From assembly GCF_035084215.1 (NCBI RefSeq), contig NW_027139581.1:4278001-4342000 (forward strand): 64,000 nt of DNA, written 5' to 3'. The first letter of the stretch is position 1. Every line of letters begins with the position of its first letter. A model generated the notes under the pieces. It worked only from the letters and a program-made list of their open reading frames with translations, was not told the DNA's origin and searched no databases. The translations under genes were made by a program, and so were the position numbers. Origin of the DNA: Heptranchias perlo (taxonomy: Eukaryota). Positions 36,301-48,824 of the stretch are shown here, piece by piece.

Positions 36301-36677
36301 GCCCAGAGGGAACTCTCCAGTGAGACAATTAAACGACACATTGACATTAATTAAGGTCAGTGAACAAACAGGTTCGGTTAATCCCTTAACACCGTCACTC
36401 CATATTGAAAATTACAGGTAAACAAGCATTTTACTGAAGTGGAGTGAAGCTACCGAAAGTTCTGAATATTACTGAAAGAAAATGACGGAAAAAAGAAAAT
36501 ATGAATCCCGCAGTCTTACAGTGCTGATGTGAAGAGAGAGCAGCTTCACTGACAGAGTTCAGATTATTTCTGTGATTTGAATTCAGCCGGCAATTTCAGA
36601 ATGTTTCAAATACGTTTTCTGGGGTGGAGTTAACAAAAGTGCAAAAGACAACAAGGATAGATTGAAGCAGATCAAGT

Positions 36678-39600
36678 AATGGTCAGTAAGGAGACATGGG
36701 GGCTGATAATATAATGGTCAGTAATGATACATGGGGGCTGATAATATAATGGTCAGTAAGGATACATGGGGACTGATAATACAATGGTCAGTAATGATAC
36801 ATGGGGGCAGATAATACAATGGTCAGTCAGGATACATGGGGACTGATAATACAATGGTCAGTAAGGATACATGGGGACTGATAATACAATGGTCAGTTCG
36901 GGTCCAGGGGGACTGATAATACAATGGTCAGTAAGGGTACACGGGGGCTGATAATATAATGGTCAGTAAGAACACATTTGGTGTGATAATGCAATGTCCT
37001 GTACGGATACATGTGGGTGACAACTGAATGTTCCGTAAGGATTCTTGAATGCAGATAATGCAATGATCAGTAAGGAAACACGGAGTTTGCTAATGCAATG
37101 GTCAGAAAGAACACATTTGTGTGATAATGTAACGGTCAGTATGAACACAGCGGGATGATAATACAGCAGTCAGGAAGAACACCTGGTGTTTATCCGACAA
37201 TGGTCAGTAAGGATACGTGGGGTGTGATACTGCCATGGTCAGTAACTGTAAATGGGGCAGATAATATACTGGTCACTAATAATGTGTAGGGGTGATAATA
37301 CAACGGTCAGCACGGATACTTGAGTTGTGATAATGCAATGGTCGATAAGGATACTTGGATGCAGATGATACAATGGTCAATTATGATACTTGAGTGTTAT
37401 AATACAATGGGCGGTAAGGATACATGGGGGTTGATAATATAATGATCAGTAAGTATACATGGGGTCTGATATTACAATGGTCAGTAAGTATACATGGGGT
37501 CTGATTTTACAATGGTCAGTATGCATACATGGGGGCTGATAATACAATGGTTACGGAGGATACATGGGGGCTGATAATACAATGGTTTCAAATGATGCAT
37601 GGGGCCTGATAGTACAATGGTTACTAAGGATACATGGTGGCTGAAAATACAATGGCCAGTAAGTGTACATGGGGACTGATAATACAATGGTCAGTAAGGA
37701 TACATGAGGGCTGATAATACTATGGCCCGTAAGTAAAGATGGGGATTGATAATACAATGTTCAGTAAGGATACGTGTGGGCCGATAATACAATGGTCAGT
37801 GTGGATACATGGGGGCTGATAATATAATGGTCAGGAAGTATACATGGGAGCTGATAATATAACGGTCAGCAAGTATACATGAGGGCTGATAATGCAATGG
37901 TCAGTAAGGATACATGGGGCCTGATAATACAATATTTACCAAGGATACATGGGGGCTGATAATATCATGGTTACAAAGGATGCATGTGGCCTGAAAATAT
38001 AATGGTTACGAAGGATACATGGGGCCTGATAATTCAATGGTCAGTAAGGATGCATGGGGCCTGATAGTACAATGGTTACTAAGGATACATGGGGGCCGAT
38101 AATACAGTGGTCAGTCTGTAGACATGGGGGCCGATAATACAATGGTCAGTAATTATCCACGGGGAGTATTAATACAATGGTCAATAAGGATACAAGGGTG
38201 CTGACAATACAATGGCCAGTAGGTAAACACGGCGGCTGATAATACAATGGTCAGTAAGTTTACACGGCGGCTGATAATAGAATGGTCAGTAAGTGTACAC
38301 GGGGGCTGACAATACAATGGCCAGTACGTATACATGGGGGCTGATAATACAATAGTCTTGAAGTACACATGGGAGTGATAATAGAATGGTCCGTACGTAT
38401 ACATTGGGGATAATAATACAATGCTCAGTAAGTATACATGGCGGCTGATCATACAATGGTCAGCAAGTATACATGGGGGTTGATAATACAATGGTCAGTA
38501 AGTATACATGGGGGTTGATAATACAATGGTCAGTCAGTATACATGGGGGTTGATAATACAATGGTCAGTAAGGATACATGGGGGCTGATAATATCATGAT
38601 CAGTAAGTACATATGAGGGCTGATAATACAATGGTCTTTAAGTATACATGGGTGATGATAATAAAATGGTCTTTAAGTATACATGGGAGTGATAATACAA
38701 TGGTCAGTAAGTATACATGGGGGCTGATAATACAATGGTCAGTAAGTGTACATGTGGACTGATAATACAATGGTCAGTAAGTGTACATGTGGACTGATAA
38801 TACACTGGTCAGTAAGTGTACATGTGGACTGATAATACAATGGTTAGTAAGTGTACATGTGGACTGATAATACACTGGTCAGTAAGTGTACATGTGGACT
38901 GATAATACACTGGTCAGTAAGTGTACATGTGGACTGATAATACAATGGTCAGTAAGTGTACATGTGGACTGATAATACACTGGTCAGTAAGTGTACATGT
39001 GGACTGATAATACAATGGTCAGTAAGTGTACATGTGGACTGATAATACACTGGTCAGAAAGTGTACATGTGGACTGATAATACACTGGTCAGTAAGTGTA
39101 CATGTGGACTGATAACACAATGGTCAGTAAGTGTACATGTGGACTGATAATACACTGGTCAGTAAGTGTACATGTGGACTGATAATACACTGGTCAGTAA
39201 GTGTACATGTGGACTGATAATACAATGGTCAGTAAGTGTACATGTGGACTGATAATACAATGGTCAGTAAGTGTACATGTGGACTGATAATACACTGGTC
39301 AGTAAGTGCACATGTGGACTGATAATACACTGGTCAGTAAGTGTACATGTGGACTGATAATACACTGGTCAGTCAGTATACATGGGGGCTGATAATAAAA
39401 TGGTCAATAAGTATACGCCGCGGCTGATCATGCAATGGTCAGTAAGTGTACATGTGGACTGATAATACAATGGTCAGTAAGTTTACATGTGGACTGATAA
39501 TACAATGGTCAGTAAGTGTACATGTGGACTGATAATACACTGGTCAGTAAGTGTACATGTGGACTGATAATACACTGGTCAGTAAGTGTACATGTGGACT

Positions 39601-40635
39601 GATAATACAATGGTCAGTAAGTGTACATGTGGACTGATAATACACTGGTCAGTAAGTGTACATGTGGACTGATAATACAATGGTCAGTAAGTGTACATGT
39701 GGACTGATAATACACTGGTCAGAAAGTGTACATGTGGACTGATAATACACTGGTCAGTAAGTGTACATGTGGACTGATAACACAATGGTCAGTAAGTGTA
39801 CATGTGGACTGATAATACACTGGTCAGTAAGTGTACATGTGGACTGATAATACACTGGTCAGTAAGTGTACATGTGGACTGATAATACAATGGTCAGTAA
39901 GTGTACATGTGGACTGATAATACAATGGTCAGTAAGTGTACATGTGGACTGATAATACACTGGTCAGTAAGTGCACATGTGGACTGATAATACACTGGTC
40001 AGTAAGTGTACATGTGGACTGATGATACACTGGTCAGTCAGTATACATGGGGGCTGATAATAAAATGGTCAATAAGTATACGCCGCGGCTGATCATGCAA
40101 TGGTCAGTAAGTGTACATGTGGACTGATAATACAATGGTCAGTAAGTTTACATGTGGACTGATAATACAATGGTCAGTAAGTGTACATGTGGACTGATAA
40201 TACAATGGTCAGTAAGTGTACATGTGGACTGATAATACACTGGTCAGTAAGTGCACATGTGGACTGATAATACACTGGTCAGTAAGTGTACATGTGGACT
40301 GATAATACACTGGTCAGTCAGTATACATGGGGGCTGATAATAAAATGGTCAATAAGTATACGCCGCGGCTGATCATGCAATGGTCAGTAAGTGTACATGT
40401 GGACTGATAATACAATGGTCAGTAAGTTTACATGTGGACTGATAATACAATGGTCAGTAAGTGTACATGTGGACTGATAATACACTGGTCAGTAAGTGTA
40501 CATGTGGACTGATAATACAATGGTCAGTAACTGTACATGTGGACTGATAATACACTGGTCATAAGTGTACACGTGGACTGATAATACAATGGTCAGTAAG
40601 TATACATGGAGTCTGATAATGCAATGGTCAGTGAG
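36678..40635. repeat. 35-bp satellite array upstream of GPCR copy 2, with higher-order repeats
   Basis: Same family as 8095-10050. A homogeneous variant atggtcagtaagtgtacatgtggactgataataca dominates from ~38740. Confidence 0.95.
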
Positions 40636-42025
40636 GAAGCATGAGGCAGATCTTGCCAGAAATTGTTCGGAGCGTCGAATCAACGTTCACCGCCGCTCCT
40701 TCGATTTAAATTAACGAAATTCCTTCCGGCGGGCTCTTCGGCGTCGAATTGTTTGAATTGGACCATGAATCCAATCCTGCTCTGTCCCCCGAGCCTCTGA
40801 GCAGCGTTGGTTGCCGCGGCTGGAAATGTCTGTGAGAGGAGAAGACACGCCCACAAAATCTGTCAGGAAGTGAAGTCACGCCCACAGCTCCAGCCTTCAT
40901 TGCTCAAAGAGCTGAGCAGACTTCTCATTGAAAATTAGTGTTCTTCATGCAATTGTAAATTCAAAATAAACTTTTTATAAAAAGCCGAATTTAAATGCAT
41001 TTTTAAAAAGCAGTGGAAACTTAAATAAACAGTCTTTAAAAAGGAGTGTAAAATAAAATGAACTGTTTTTGAAAAGGCTGTTTTTACACTGAGAAAAATG
41101 ATGGAACAGCAAAAGATGAATGAGAAGAGGTGAAACAAATGTTGTGATGAAGACCTCTCCACACTCCTCAATGAGGTTGATGTGAGGCTTCGGCGGCTTC
41201 TGGGGAACGGAAGTCTCGGGCGGCACAGAAAGTTAGCGTGTTGGTGTGGAAGGAGGTGGCACAGGTTCTGAGCACGAACAGCACCGTGTCACGGAGAGCG
41301 GAACAGGGCCGCAAAAAATCAATGATTTAATGCAGTCGGCCAGGATGTATAGAGAGTTTTAGAAATTCAAAAGTTCAGATTTAAATGAGCTGAGTTTTAC
41401 CAATGCAGAAACACAGGTTGTTTCTGGGTGGTGTGGTCAAGGTTCAATCTAATGGCAACTGGTCGTAAAACTCAGTTGCCATTGTGGACGGGCCTCACTA
41501 AATGCCTTTAGAGATCTTTTATCCCAACTCCAGAGATTTGAGATGTTAAATTACAATTAGTGAATTGGACCCTGTCTCCAAACCCCCAACTTATCTCTCT
41601 CACAAACAAGCACGAACTGATTTTTATTGTTTAATGTCATGTCGTGTAAAATGGCTTTTAACAACCGTGAGAGGTCGAAGACCGGCGGCGGTTCAGCCTG
41701 TATGAGGGAGATGACCGAGCACGAAGAAAGGGCCACTCAGCTGCAGGGCATCACTTCCAGTTTCGTGCCTGGTGTCCGATCAGACACTGGAGCGAGGAAA
41801 GGTGAGTTTCACATTCCTCTATTGGCCAGCTGCATGTTTAAAAGCTGCGTGTTGTCTGAAGGATGGGAAAAGGAGATTAGAGTCTGACCATGCTCGTGCA
41901 GCGTGTGGGCGTCTGTGATGTGACCGATGAACATGCTTCACCAGTGGAACATTTTGTTCTTCCGTCCCACAGGTTCACAGCCGTCTGAGGACACTCGGGC
42001 TGCAGAAGGTGGTGAGTCGGCGGCG

Positions 42026-45000
42026 GCAGAGGGTGATGGTGTTTGGGCTGCAGAGGGTGATGGTGTTTGGGCTGCAGAGAGTGATGGTGTTTTGGCTGCA
42101 GAGGGTGATGGTGTTTGTGCTGCAGAAGGTGATGGTGTTTGGGCTGCAGAGGCTGATGGTGTTTGTGCTGCAGAGAGTGATGGTGTTTGGGCTGCAGAGG
42201 GTGAAAGTGTTTGGGCTGCAGAGGGTGATGGTATTTGGGCTGCAGAGGGTGATGGTGTTTGGGCTGCAGAGAGTGATGGTGTTTGTGCTGCAGAGAGTGA
42301 TGGTGTTTGGGCTGCAGAGGGTGATGGTATTTGGGCTGCAGAGGGTGATGGTGTTTGTGCTGCAGAGAGTGATGGTGTTTGGGCTGCAGAGAGTGATGGT
42401 GTTTGTGCTGCAGAGGGTGATGGTGTTTGGGCTGCAGAGAGTGATGGTGTTTGGGCTGCAGAGGGTGATGGTATTTGGGCTGCAGAGGGTGATGGTGTTT
42501 GTTCTGCAGAGAGTGATGGTGTTTGGGCTGCAGAGGGTGATGGTGTTTGGGCTGCAGAGGGTGATGGTATTTGTGCTGCAGAGAGTGATGGTGTTTGGGC
42601 TGCAGAGAGCGATGGTGTTTGTGCTGCAGAGAGTGATGGTGTTTGTGCTGCAGAGAGTGATGGTGTTTGGGCTGCAGAGGGTGATGGTGTTTGGGCTGCA
42701 GAGTGTGATGGTGTTTGTGCTGCAGAGAGTGATGGTGTTTGTTCTGCAGAGAGTGATGGTGTTTGGGCTGCAGAGGGTGATGGTATTTGGGCTGCAGAGG
42801 GTGATGGTGTTTGGGCTGCAGAGAGTGATGGTGTTTGTGCTGCAGAGAGTGATGGTGTTTGGGCTGCAGAGGGTGATGGTATTTGGGCTGCAGAGGGTGA
42901 TGGTGTTTGTGCTGCAGAGAGTGATGGTGTTTGGGCTGCAGAGAGTGATGGTGTTTGTGCTGCAGAGGGTGATGGTGTTTGGGCTGCAGAGAGTGATGGT
43001 GTTTGGGCTGCAGAGGGTGATGGTATTTGGGCTGCAGAGGGTGAAGGTGTTTGTTCTGCAGAGAGTGATGGTGTTTGGGCTGCAGAGGGTGATGGTGTTT
43101 GGGCTGCAGAGGGTGATGGTGTTTGTGCTGCAGAGAGTGATGGTGTTTGGGCTGCAGAGAGCGATGGTGTTTGTGCTGCAGAGAGTGATGGTGTTTGTGC
43201 TGCAGAGAGTGATGGTGTTTGGGCTGCAGAGGGTGATGGTGTTTGGGCTGCAGAGTGTGATGGTGTTTGTGCTGCAGAGAGTGATGGTGTTTGTTCTGCA
43301 GAGAGTGATGGTGTTTGGGCTGCAGAGGGTGATGGTGTTTGGGCTGCAGAGTGTGATGTTGTTTGTGCTGCAGAGAGTGATGGTGTTTGGGCTGCAGAGA
43401 GTGATGATGTTTGTGCTGCAGAGAGTGATGGTGTTTGTTCTGCAGAGAGTGATGGTGTTTGGGCTGCACAGGGTGATGGTGTTTGGGCTGCAGAGTGTGA
43501 TGGTGTTTGTGCTGCAGAGAGTGATGGTGTTTGGGCTGCAGAGAGTGATGATGTTTGTGCTGCAGAGAGTGATGGTGTTTGTTCTGCAGAGAGTGATGGT
43601 GTTTGTGCTGCAGAGGGTGATGGTGTTTGTTCTGCAGAGAGTGATGGTGTTTGGGCTGCAGTGGGTGATGGTGTTTGGGCTGCAGAGTGTGATGGTGTTT
43701 GTGCTGCAGAGAGTGATGGTGTTTGGGCTGCAGAGAGTGATGATGTTTGTGCTGCAGAGAGTGATGGTGTTTGTTCTGCAGAGAGTGATGGTGTTTGGGC
43801 TGCAGAGGGTGATGGTGTTTGTGCTGCAGAGAGTGATGGTGTTTGTGCTGCAGAGAGTGATGGTGTTTGTTCTGCAGAGAGTGATGGTGTTTGGGCTGCA
43901 GTGGGTGATGGTGTTTGGGCTGCAGTGGGTGATGGTGTTTGTGCTGCAGAGAGTGATGGTGTTTGTGCTGCAGAGGGTGATGGTGTTTGGGCTGCAGAGG
44001 GTGATGATGTTTGGGCTGCAGAGAGTGATGGTGTTTGGGCTGCAGAGAGTGATGGTGTTTGGGCTGCAGAGAGTGATGGTGTTTGGGCTGCAGAGGGTGA
44101 TGGTATTTGGGCTGCAGAGGGTGATGGTGTTTGTTCTGCAGAGAGTGATGGTGTTTGGGCTGCAGAGGGTGATGGTGTTTGTGCTGCAGAGAGTGATGAT
44201 GTTTGGGCTGCAGAGAGTGATGGTGTTTGTGCTGCAGAGAGTGATGGTGTTTGTGCTGCAGAGAGTGATGGTGTTTGTTCTGCAGAGAGTGATGGTGTTT
44301 GGGCTGCAGAGGGTGATGGTGTTTGGGCTGCAGAGGGTGATGGTGTTTGTGCTGCAGAGAGTGATGGTGTTTGTTCTGCAGAGAGTGATGGTGTTTGTGC
44401 TGCAGAGAGTGATGGTGTTTGTTCTGCAGAGAGTGATGGTGTTTGGGCTGCAGAGAGTGATGGTGTTTGTTCTGCAGAGAGTGATGGTGTTTGGGCTGCA
44501 GCGGATGATGGTGTTTGTGCTGCAGAGAGTGATGGTGTTTGTGCTGCAGAGAGTGATGGTGTTTGTTCTGCAGAGAGTGATGGTGTTTGGGCTGCAGAGG
44601 GTGATGGTGTTTGGGCTGCAGAGAGTGATGGTGTTTGTGCTGCAGAGTGTGATGGTGTTTGGGCTGCAGAGGGTGATGGTGTTTGGGCTGCAGAGAGTGA
44701 TGGTGTTTGGGCTGCAGAGGGTGATGGTGTTTGTGCTGCAGAGAGTGATGGTGTTTGGGCTGCAGAGTGTGATGGTGTTTGGGCTGAAGAGAGTGATGGT
44801 GTTTGGGCTGCAGAGAGTGATGGTGTTTGTGCTGCATAGAGTGATGGTGTTTGGGCTGCAGAGGGTGATGGTGTTTGGGCTGCAGAGAGTGATGGTGTTT
44901 GGGCTGCAGAGGGTGATTGTGTTTGGGCTGCAGAGAGTGATGGAGTTTGGGCTGCAAAGGGTGATGGTGATTGGGCTGCAGAGAGTGATGGAGTTTGGGC

Positions 45001-45045
45001 TGCAGAGGGTGATGGTGTTAGCACTGCAGAGTGTGATGATGTTTC
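42026..45045. repeat. 21-bp minisatellite, ~140 copies
   Basis: Unit gcagag(a/g)gtgatggtgtttg(g/t)gct. Confidence 0.97.
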
Positions 45046-45419
45046 AGCTCCTGAGCCCACCTGCCACCCTCAGGGTGTTGATGTGGGAGAAGCGCTTGAC
45101 CATGAGGAGCCTCACCTCACCGCCTCTCCAACTCCAGGCCCCTCTGGCTCTGTGCGAGACACACACAATCCCCCTCTCACAGGCAGCCGCCAGCTGAGTC
45201 CGACCTGTCGTGGTGTGAGGAACCGTTGCGAGTTGGGGTAGATGCACCCCAGTCCCCCGTGAGTCGAAGTAGACGTCATCACCCTCCCCCCTCCTCCCCC
45301 CCCCCATGTGGATGATGAATTGGGAGAGGACATCAACGGTCAACAAGTGAGACGATTGACGGCTGATGAGAGCGACAATTACCATGACTGTTTCGTCTCC
45401 ATGAGACAGGAGATCAAGG

Positions 45420-46195
45420 ATGCTGGATAGAACATTAGCGCTAAGCTGGCCCATACTGGACAGAACATTAGCGCCAAGCTGGCCCATACTGGACAGAACA
45501 TTGCCTAGCTGGCCCAGACTGGACAGAACATTGTCCAGCTGGCCCATACTGGACAGAACATTGCCCAGCTGGTCCATACTGGACAGAACATTGCCCAGCT
45601 GGCCCATACTGGACAGAACATTGCCCAGCTGGCCCATACTGGACAGAACATTGCGCAGCTGGCCCAGACTGGACAGAACATTGCCCAGCTGGCCCATACT
45701 GGACAGAACATTGCCCAGCTGGCCCATACTGGACAGAACATTGCCCAGCTGACCCACACTGGACAGAACATTGCCCAGCTGGCCCATACTGGACAGAACA
45801 TTGCCCAGCTGGCCCATACTGGACAGAACATTGCCCAGCTGGCCCATACTGGACAGAACATTGCCCAGCTGGCCCAGACTGGACAGGACATTGCCCATAT
45901 TGGACGGAACATTGCCAAGCTGGCCCATACTGGTCAGAACTTTGTCCAGCTGCCCCATACGGGACAGAACATTGCCCAGCTGGCCCGACTGGACAGAACA
46001 TTGCCCAGCTGACCCATATTGGGCAGAACATTGCCCAGCTGGCCCATACTGGACAGAACATTACCAAGCTGACCCATACTGGACAGAACATTGGCCAGCT
46101 GCTCCATACTGGACAGAACATTGCCCAGCTGGCCCATACTGAACAGAACATTGCCCAGCTGGCCCACACTGGACAGAACATTGCCCAGCTGACAA
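45420..46195. repeat. 30-bp minisatellite, ~25 copies
   Basis: Unit ggcccatactggacagaacattgcccagct, which encodes LAHTGQNIAQ on the plus strand. Confidence 0.95.
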
Positions 46196-47749
46196 ATATT
46201 CACCAGGCTCTCGTACATTTCATGGAGGTGAATGCGAGTACGGCTGTGCTGCACCTGAAGCCCGTGACACCCCCCGTGCCACCTCCTGCCGCAGACAGAT
46301 TGCAGGCCCAAGAGCCAGGAGCTATTCCTGCACCTAACGCTGCTTTTACTCATGTCCCCGTGGAACAGCAGCACCCCAGCTCCGAACTCCCTGATTACAG
46401 CCATTTTGTAAGACACAGATTTCGTGCCCTTGGCTCAAGAGGGGCTCGATCACAGGGTGGGATGGGGGCCAGGAGGAAATAGGATGCTCCTCGAGCACAG
46501 AGTTCACGTCCTCTTGTTCAGAGTGTCACAGAGACCCTCGAGCATGCTGCAAGGGTGCGTCTGTAAATCTTATTGCTGTTTGTTCGGTTGATGTTTTGGT
46601 TGTTTGTTTTTATTCGCTTGTTGATATTTTGTTATGTGATGAATCTCTTCTCATTGTTTGTGTGATAATTTTTGTTGCTGCTGCTGCTGCCCTTCAAACT
46701 TAATCAGAAGTCATTTGTAATTGTTCGAAGATTTTCTGAATATAAACCATGTTAACATCACAAATGCTTTCAAACAACAAAATTAACAAGTTAACCTAAT
46801 TTTTATTTAAAGTTTTGCACTACACACCTCAATGTTCACAATAAAGTTTTGCAACAACTAAATACCTCAAAATGTTAATGTAAAGTTTTGCACTAATTTT
46901 TTGATGCTGCAATTAAAGCTCACTGTTTCACTTTCAATCTTGCTTGTCCTGTTATCTGCTTTCCTGGGAGGGGGCGGGGAGGCAATTACCCATTTTCATC
47001 GATGTCAAAAAGCATCAGCCACTGGGTGCTCTCTCGCTGCCCTGTCTCCTGCAGCCACGGTTTCCCCGGGGGTGGGGATGGGGGAACCAACAATGGCCCC
47101 AGCAACATCCGGGTTGTCATCCTGCATCTCATCCATTCCCAGAGGCATCTCGTCTTCCTGGTCAAAGGTCAGTCCTTCCCGCAGTGTAAAGTTGTGAAAT
47201 GCGCATCAGACAACCACAACCCTGGACATCTTGAGAGGTGAGTACGGCAAAGTTCCCCCGACCTGTCCAAGTCTCGAAAGCGTGATTTCAGCTCCCAGAT
47301 TCTCCTCCACACGACTTGGCGCGAGCTCACGTGGGCACGGTTGTTCCTCTCCTGAGCTGCACTATTGGTCCTGCGGTCGGGTGTCATCAGCCACGGCTTC
47401 AGCGGGTAGCCCTTGTCACCTGATATCCATCCAGATCCTTGCTGCTCTCCGGTGAAGGTATCATTGCAAGTCTGAGTGGCGAAGGACGAAGGCATCATGG
47501 GCACTTCCCTTCTGATCTGTATTTACATTCATGATCCACAGGTCGGCATCGCAAAGGATCCTCACATTTAACCAATTTGTGGTTGTCTGATGCGCATTGC
47601 ACAACTTTACACTGCGGGAAGGACTGACCTTTGACCAGGAAGACGAGATGCCGCTGGGAATGGACCCCTTCCTGTTGATTTAAGTGACAGGTGCCTCATT
47701 GAGTGCCTTCCATGTCACATGGAATCCGTCGACAGCCCCCTGTAATCTG

Positions 47750-48010
47750 GGAATCCAGCGATCCTGTGGAACGCGGTAAACCTTTCCCTTTGAGAATCCA
47801 GCGATCCTGTGGAACGCCGTAGACCTCTCCCTTTGGGGAATCCAGCGATCCAGCAGAACGCCGTAGACCTCTCCCTTTGGGGAATCCAGAGATCCTGTGG
47901 AACACGGTAGATCGCTCCCTTTGGGGAATCCAGCGATTGTGTGGAACGCGGTAGACATCTCCCATTGGGGAATCCAGCGATCCTGTGGAACTCGGTCGAC
48001 CTCTCCCTTT
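47750..48010. repeat. 43-44-bp tandem repeat, ~6 copies
   Basis: Unit gatcctgtggaacgccgtagacctctccctttggggaatccagc, derived from the transposase FHRIAGFP segment. Confidence 0.9.
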
Positions 48011-48069
48011 ACTGCGCTGGGGACATGTCAAATTTGATCAACTGGGAAACCGCGCGGAATATCGCGCCT

Positions 48070-48670
48070 GTGACCTCATGAATCCACTCTCGCAGGCCTC
48101 TGGGTGATTGTGTATCTGTGACCTGAAGAATACAGACTCCCGCGGGGCTCTGGGTAATGGTGTGTCTGCGACCTGATGAATTCAGACTCTCACAGGGCTC
48201 TGGGTAATGGTGTGTCTGTGACCTGATGAATTCAGACTCCCGCGGGGCTCTGGGTAATGGTGTGTCTGTGACCTGATGAATTCAGACTCTCACAGGGCTC
48301 TGGGTAATGGTGTGTCTGTGACCTGATGAATTCAGACTCTCACAGGGCTCTGGGTAATGGTGTGTCTATGACCTGATGAATTCAGACTCTCACAGGGCTC
48401 TGGGTAATGGTTTGTCTGTGACCTGATGAATTTAGACTCTCACAGGGCTCTGGGTAATGATGTGTCTATGACCTGATGAATTCAGACTCTCACAGGGCTC
48501 TGGGTAATGGTGTGTCTGTGACCTGATGAATTCAGACTCTCACAGGGCTCTGGGTGATGTTGTGTCTGTGACCTGATGAATTCAGACTCTCACAGGGCTC
48601 TGGGAGATGGTGTATCCGTGACCTGATGAATTCAGACTCTCACATAGCTCTGCGTGATGTTGCACATGTC
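48070..48670. repeat. 50-bp tandem repeat, ~12 copies
   Basis: Unit ttcagactctcacagggctctgggtaatggtgtgtctgtgacctgatgaa (48181 and 48231). Confidence 0.93.
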
Positions 48671-48824
48671 ACCAGGGCCTGACTGAAATGACCCACATGC
48701 CACTGACGAGGCCCTGCAGGAAGTAGAAGGTGGCTGAAGGTCCTCTTGTAACATCTCACAGAGGCGGCCGATTGCCTCCTTACTGAAACGAAGTCTTCAC
48801 ACAGATATCTCTTCCGATAATAAT

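Larger units (their letters stand above)
41099..46482 (+). pseudogene. Harbinger Myb/SANT-like DNA-binding protein gene, three exons, disrupted
   Basis: Exon 1 ~41099-41344 has a stop and a frameshift. Exon 2 ends AAAG|gtgagt at 41801. Exon 3 starts after cccacAG at 41973 in matching phase 1. Confidence 0.7.
40640..48800. mobile_element. Decayed PIF/Harbinger DNA transposon (convergent Myb/SANT-like and DDE nuclease genes); ends not resolved
   Basis: Plus strand: WKEVAQVLS..RRAEQ.RKK.NDL and KMAFNNRERSKTGGG. Minus strand: AGFP..QGAVDG.H, NRKG, GDKGYPLKPWLMTP, N.AH..R and LKSRFR.LD. No clear TIRs were found. Confidence 0.8.
46890..48800 (-). pseudogene. Harbinger transposase (HARBI1-like DDE nuclease), disrupted
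   Basis: Motifs in ORFs 47169-47504 and 47680-47958. Internal tandem expansions and frameshifts are present. Confidence 0.8.

Noticed and set aside
41877-45197. 1000-aa ORFs (HHHSLQPK, SAAQTPS and VMVFGLQR repeats) as His-rich, mucin or antifreeze proteins
   Set aside because: They are by-products of a stop-poor 21-bp minisatellite that is open in four frames, with no unique domains or signal peptides.
45044-46181. Repeat ORFs (MGQLGNVLSS etc.) and AGCT-rich units as an Ig switch region
   Set aside because: This is a 30-bp VNTR inside a Harbinger gene, and it lies 3' of the IgM gene rather than upstream of a constant region.
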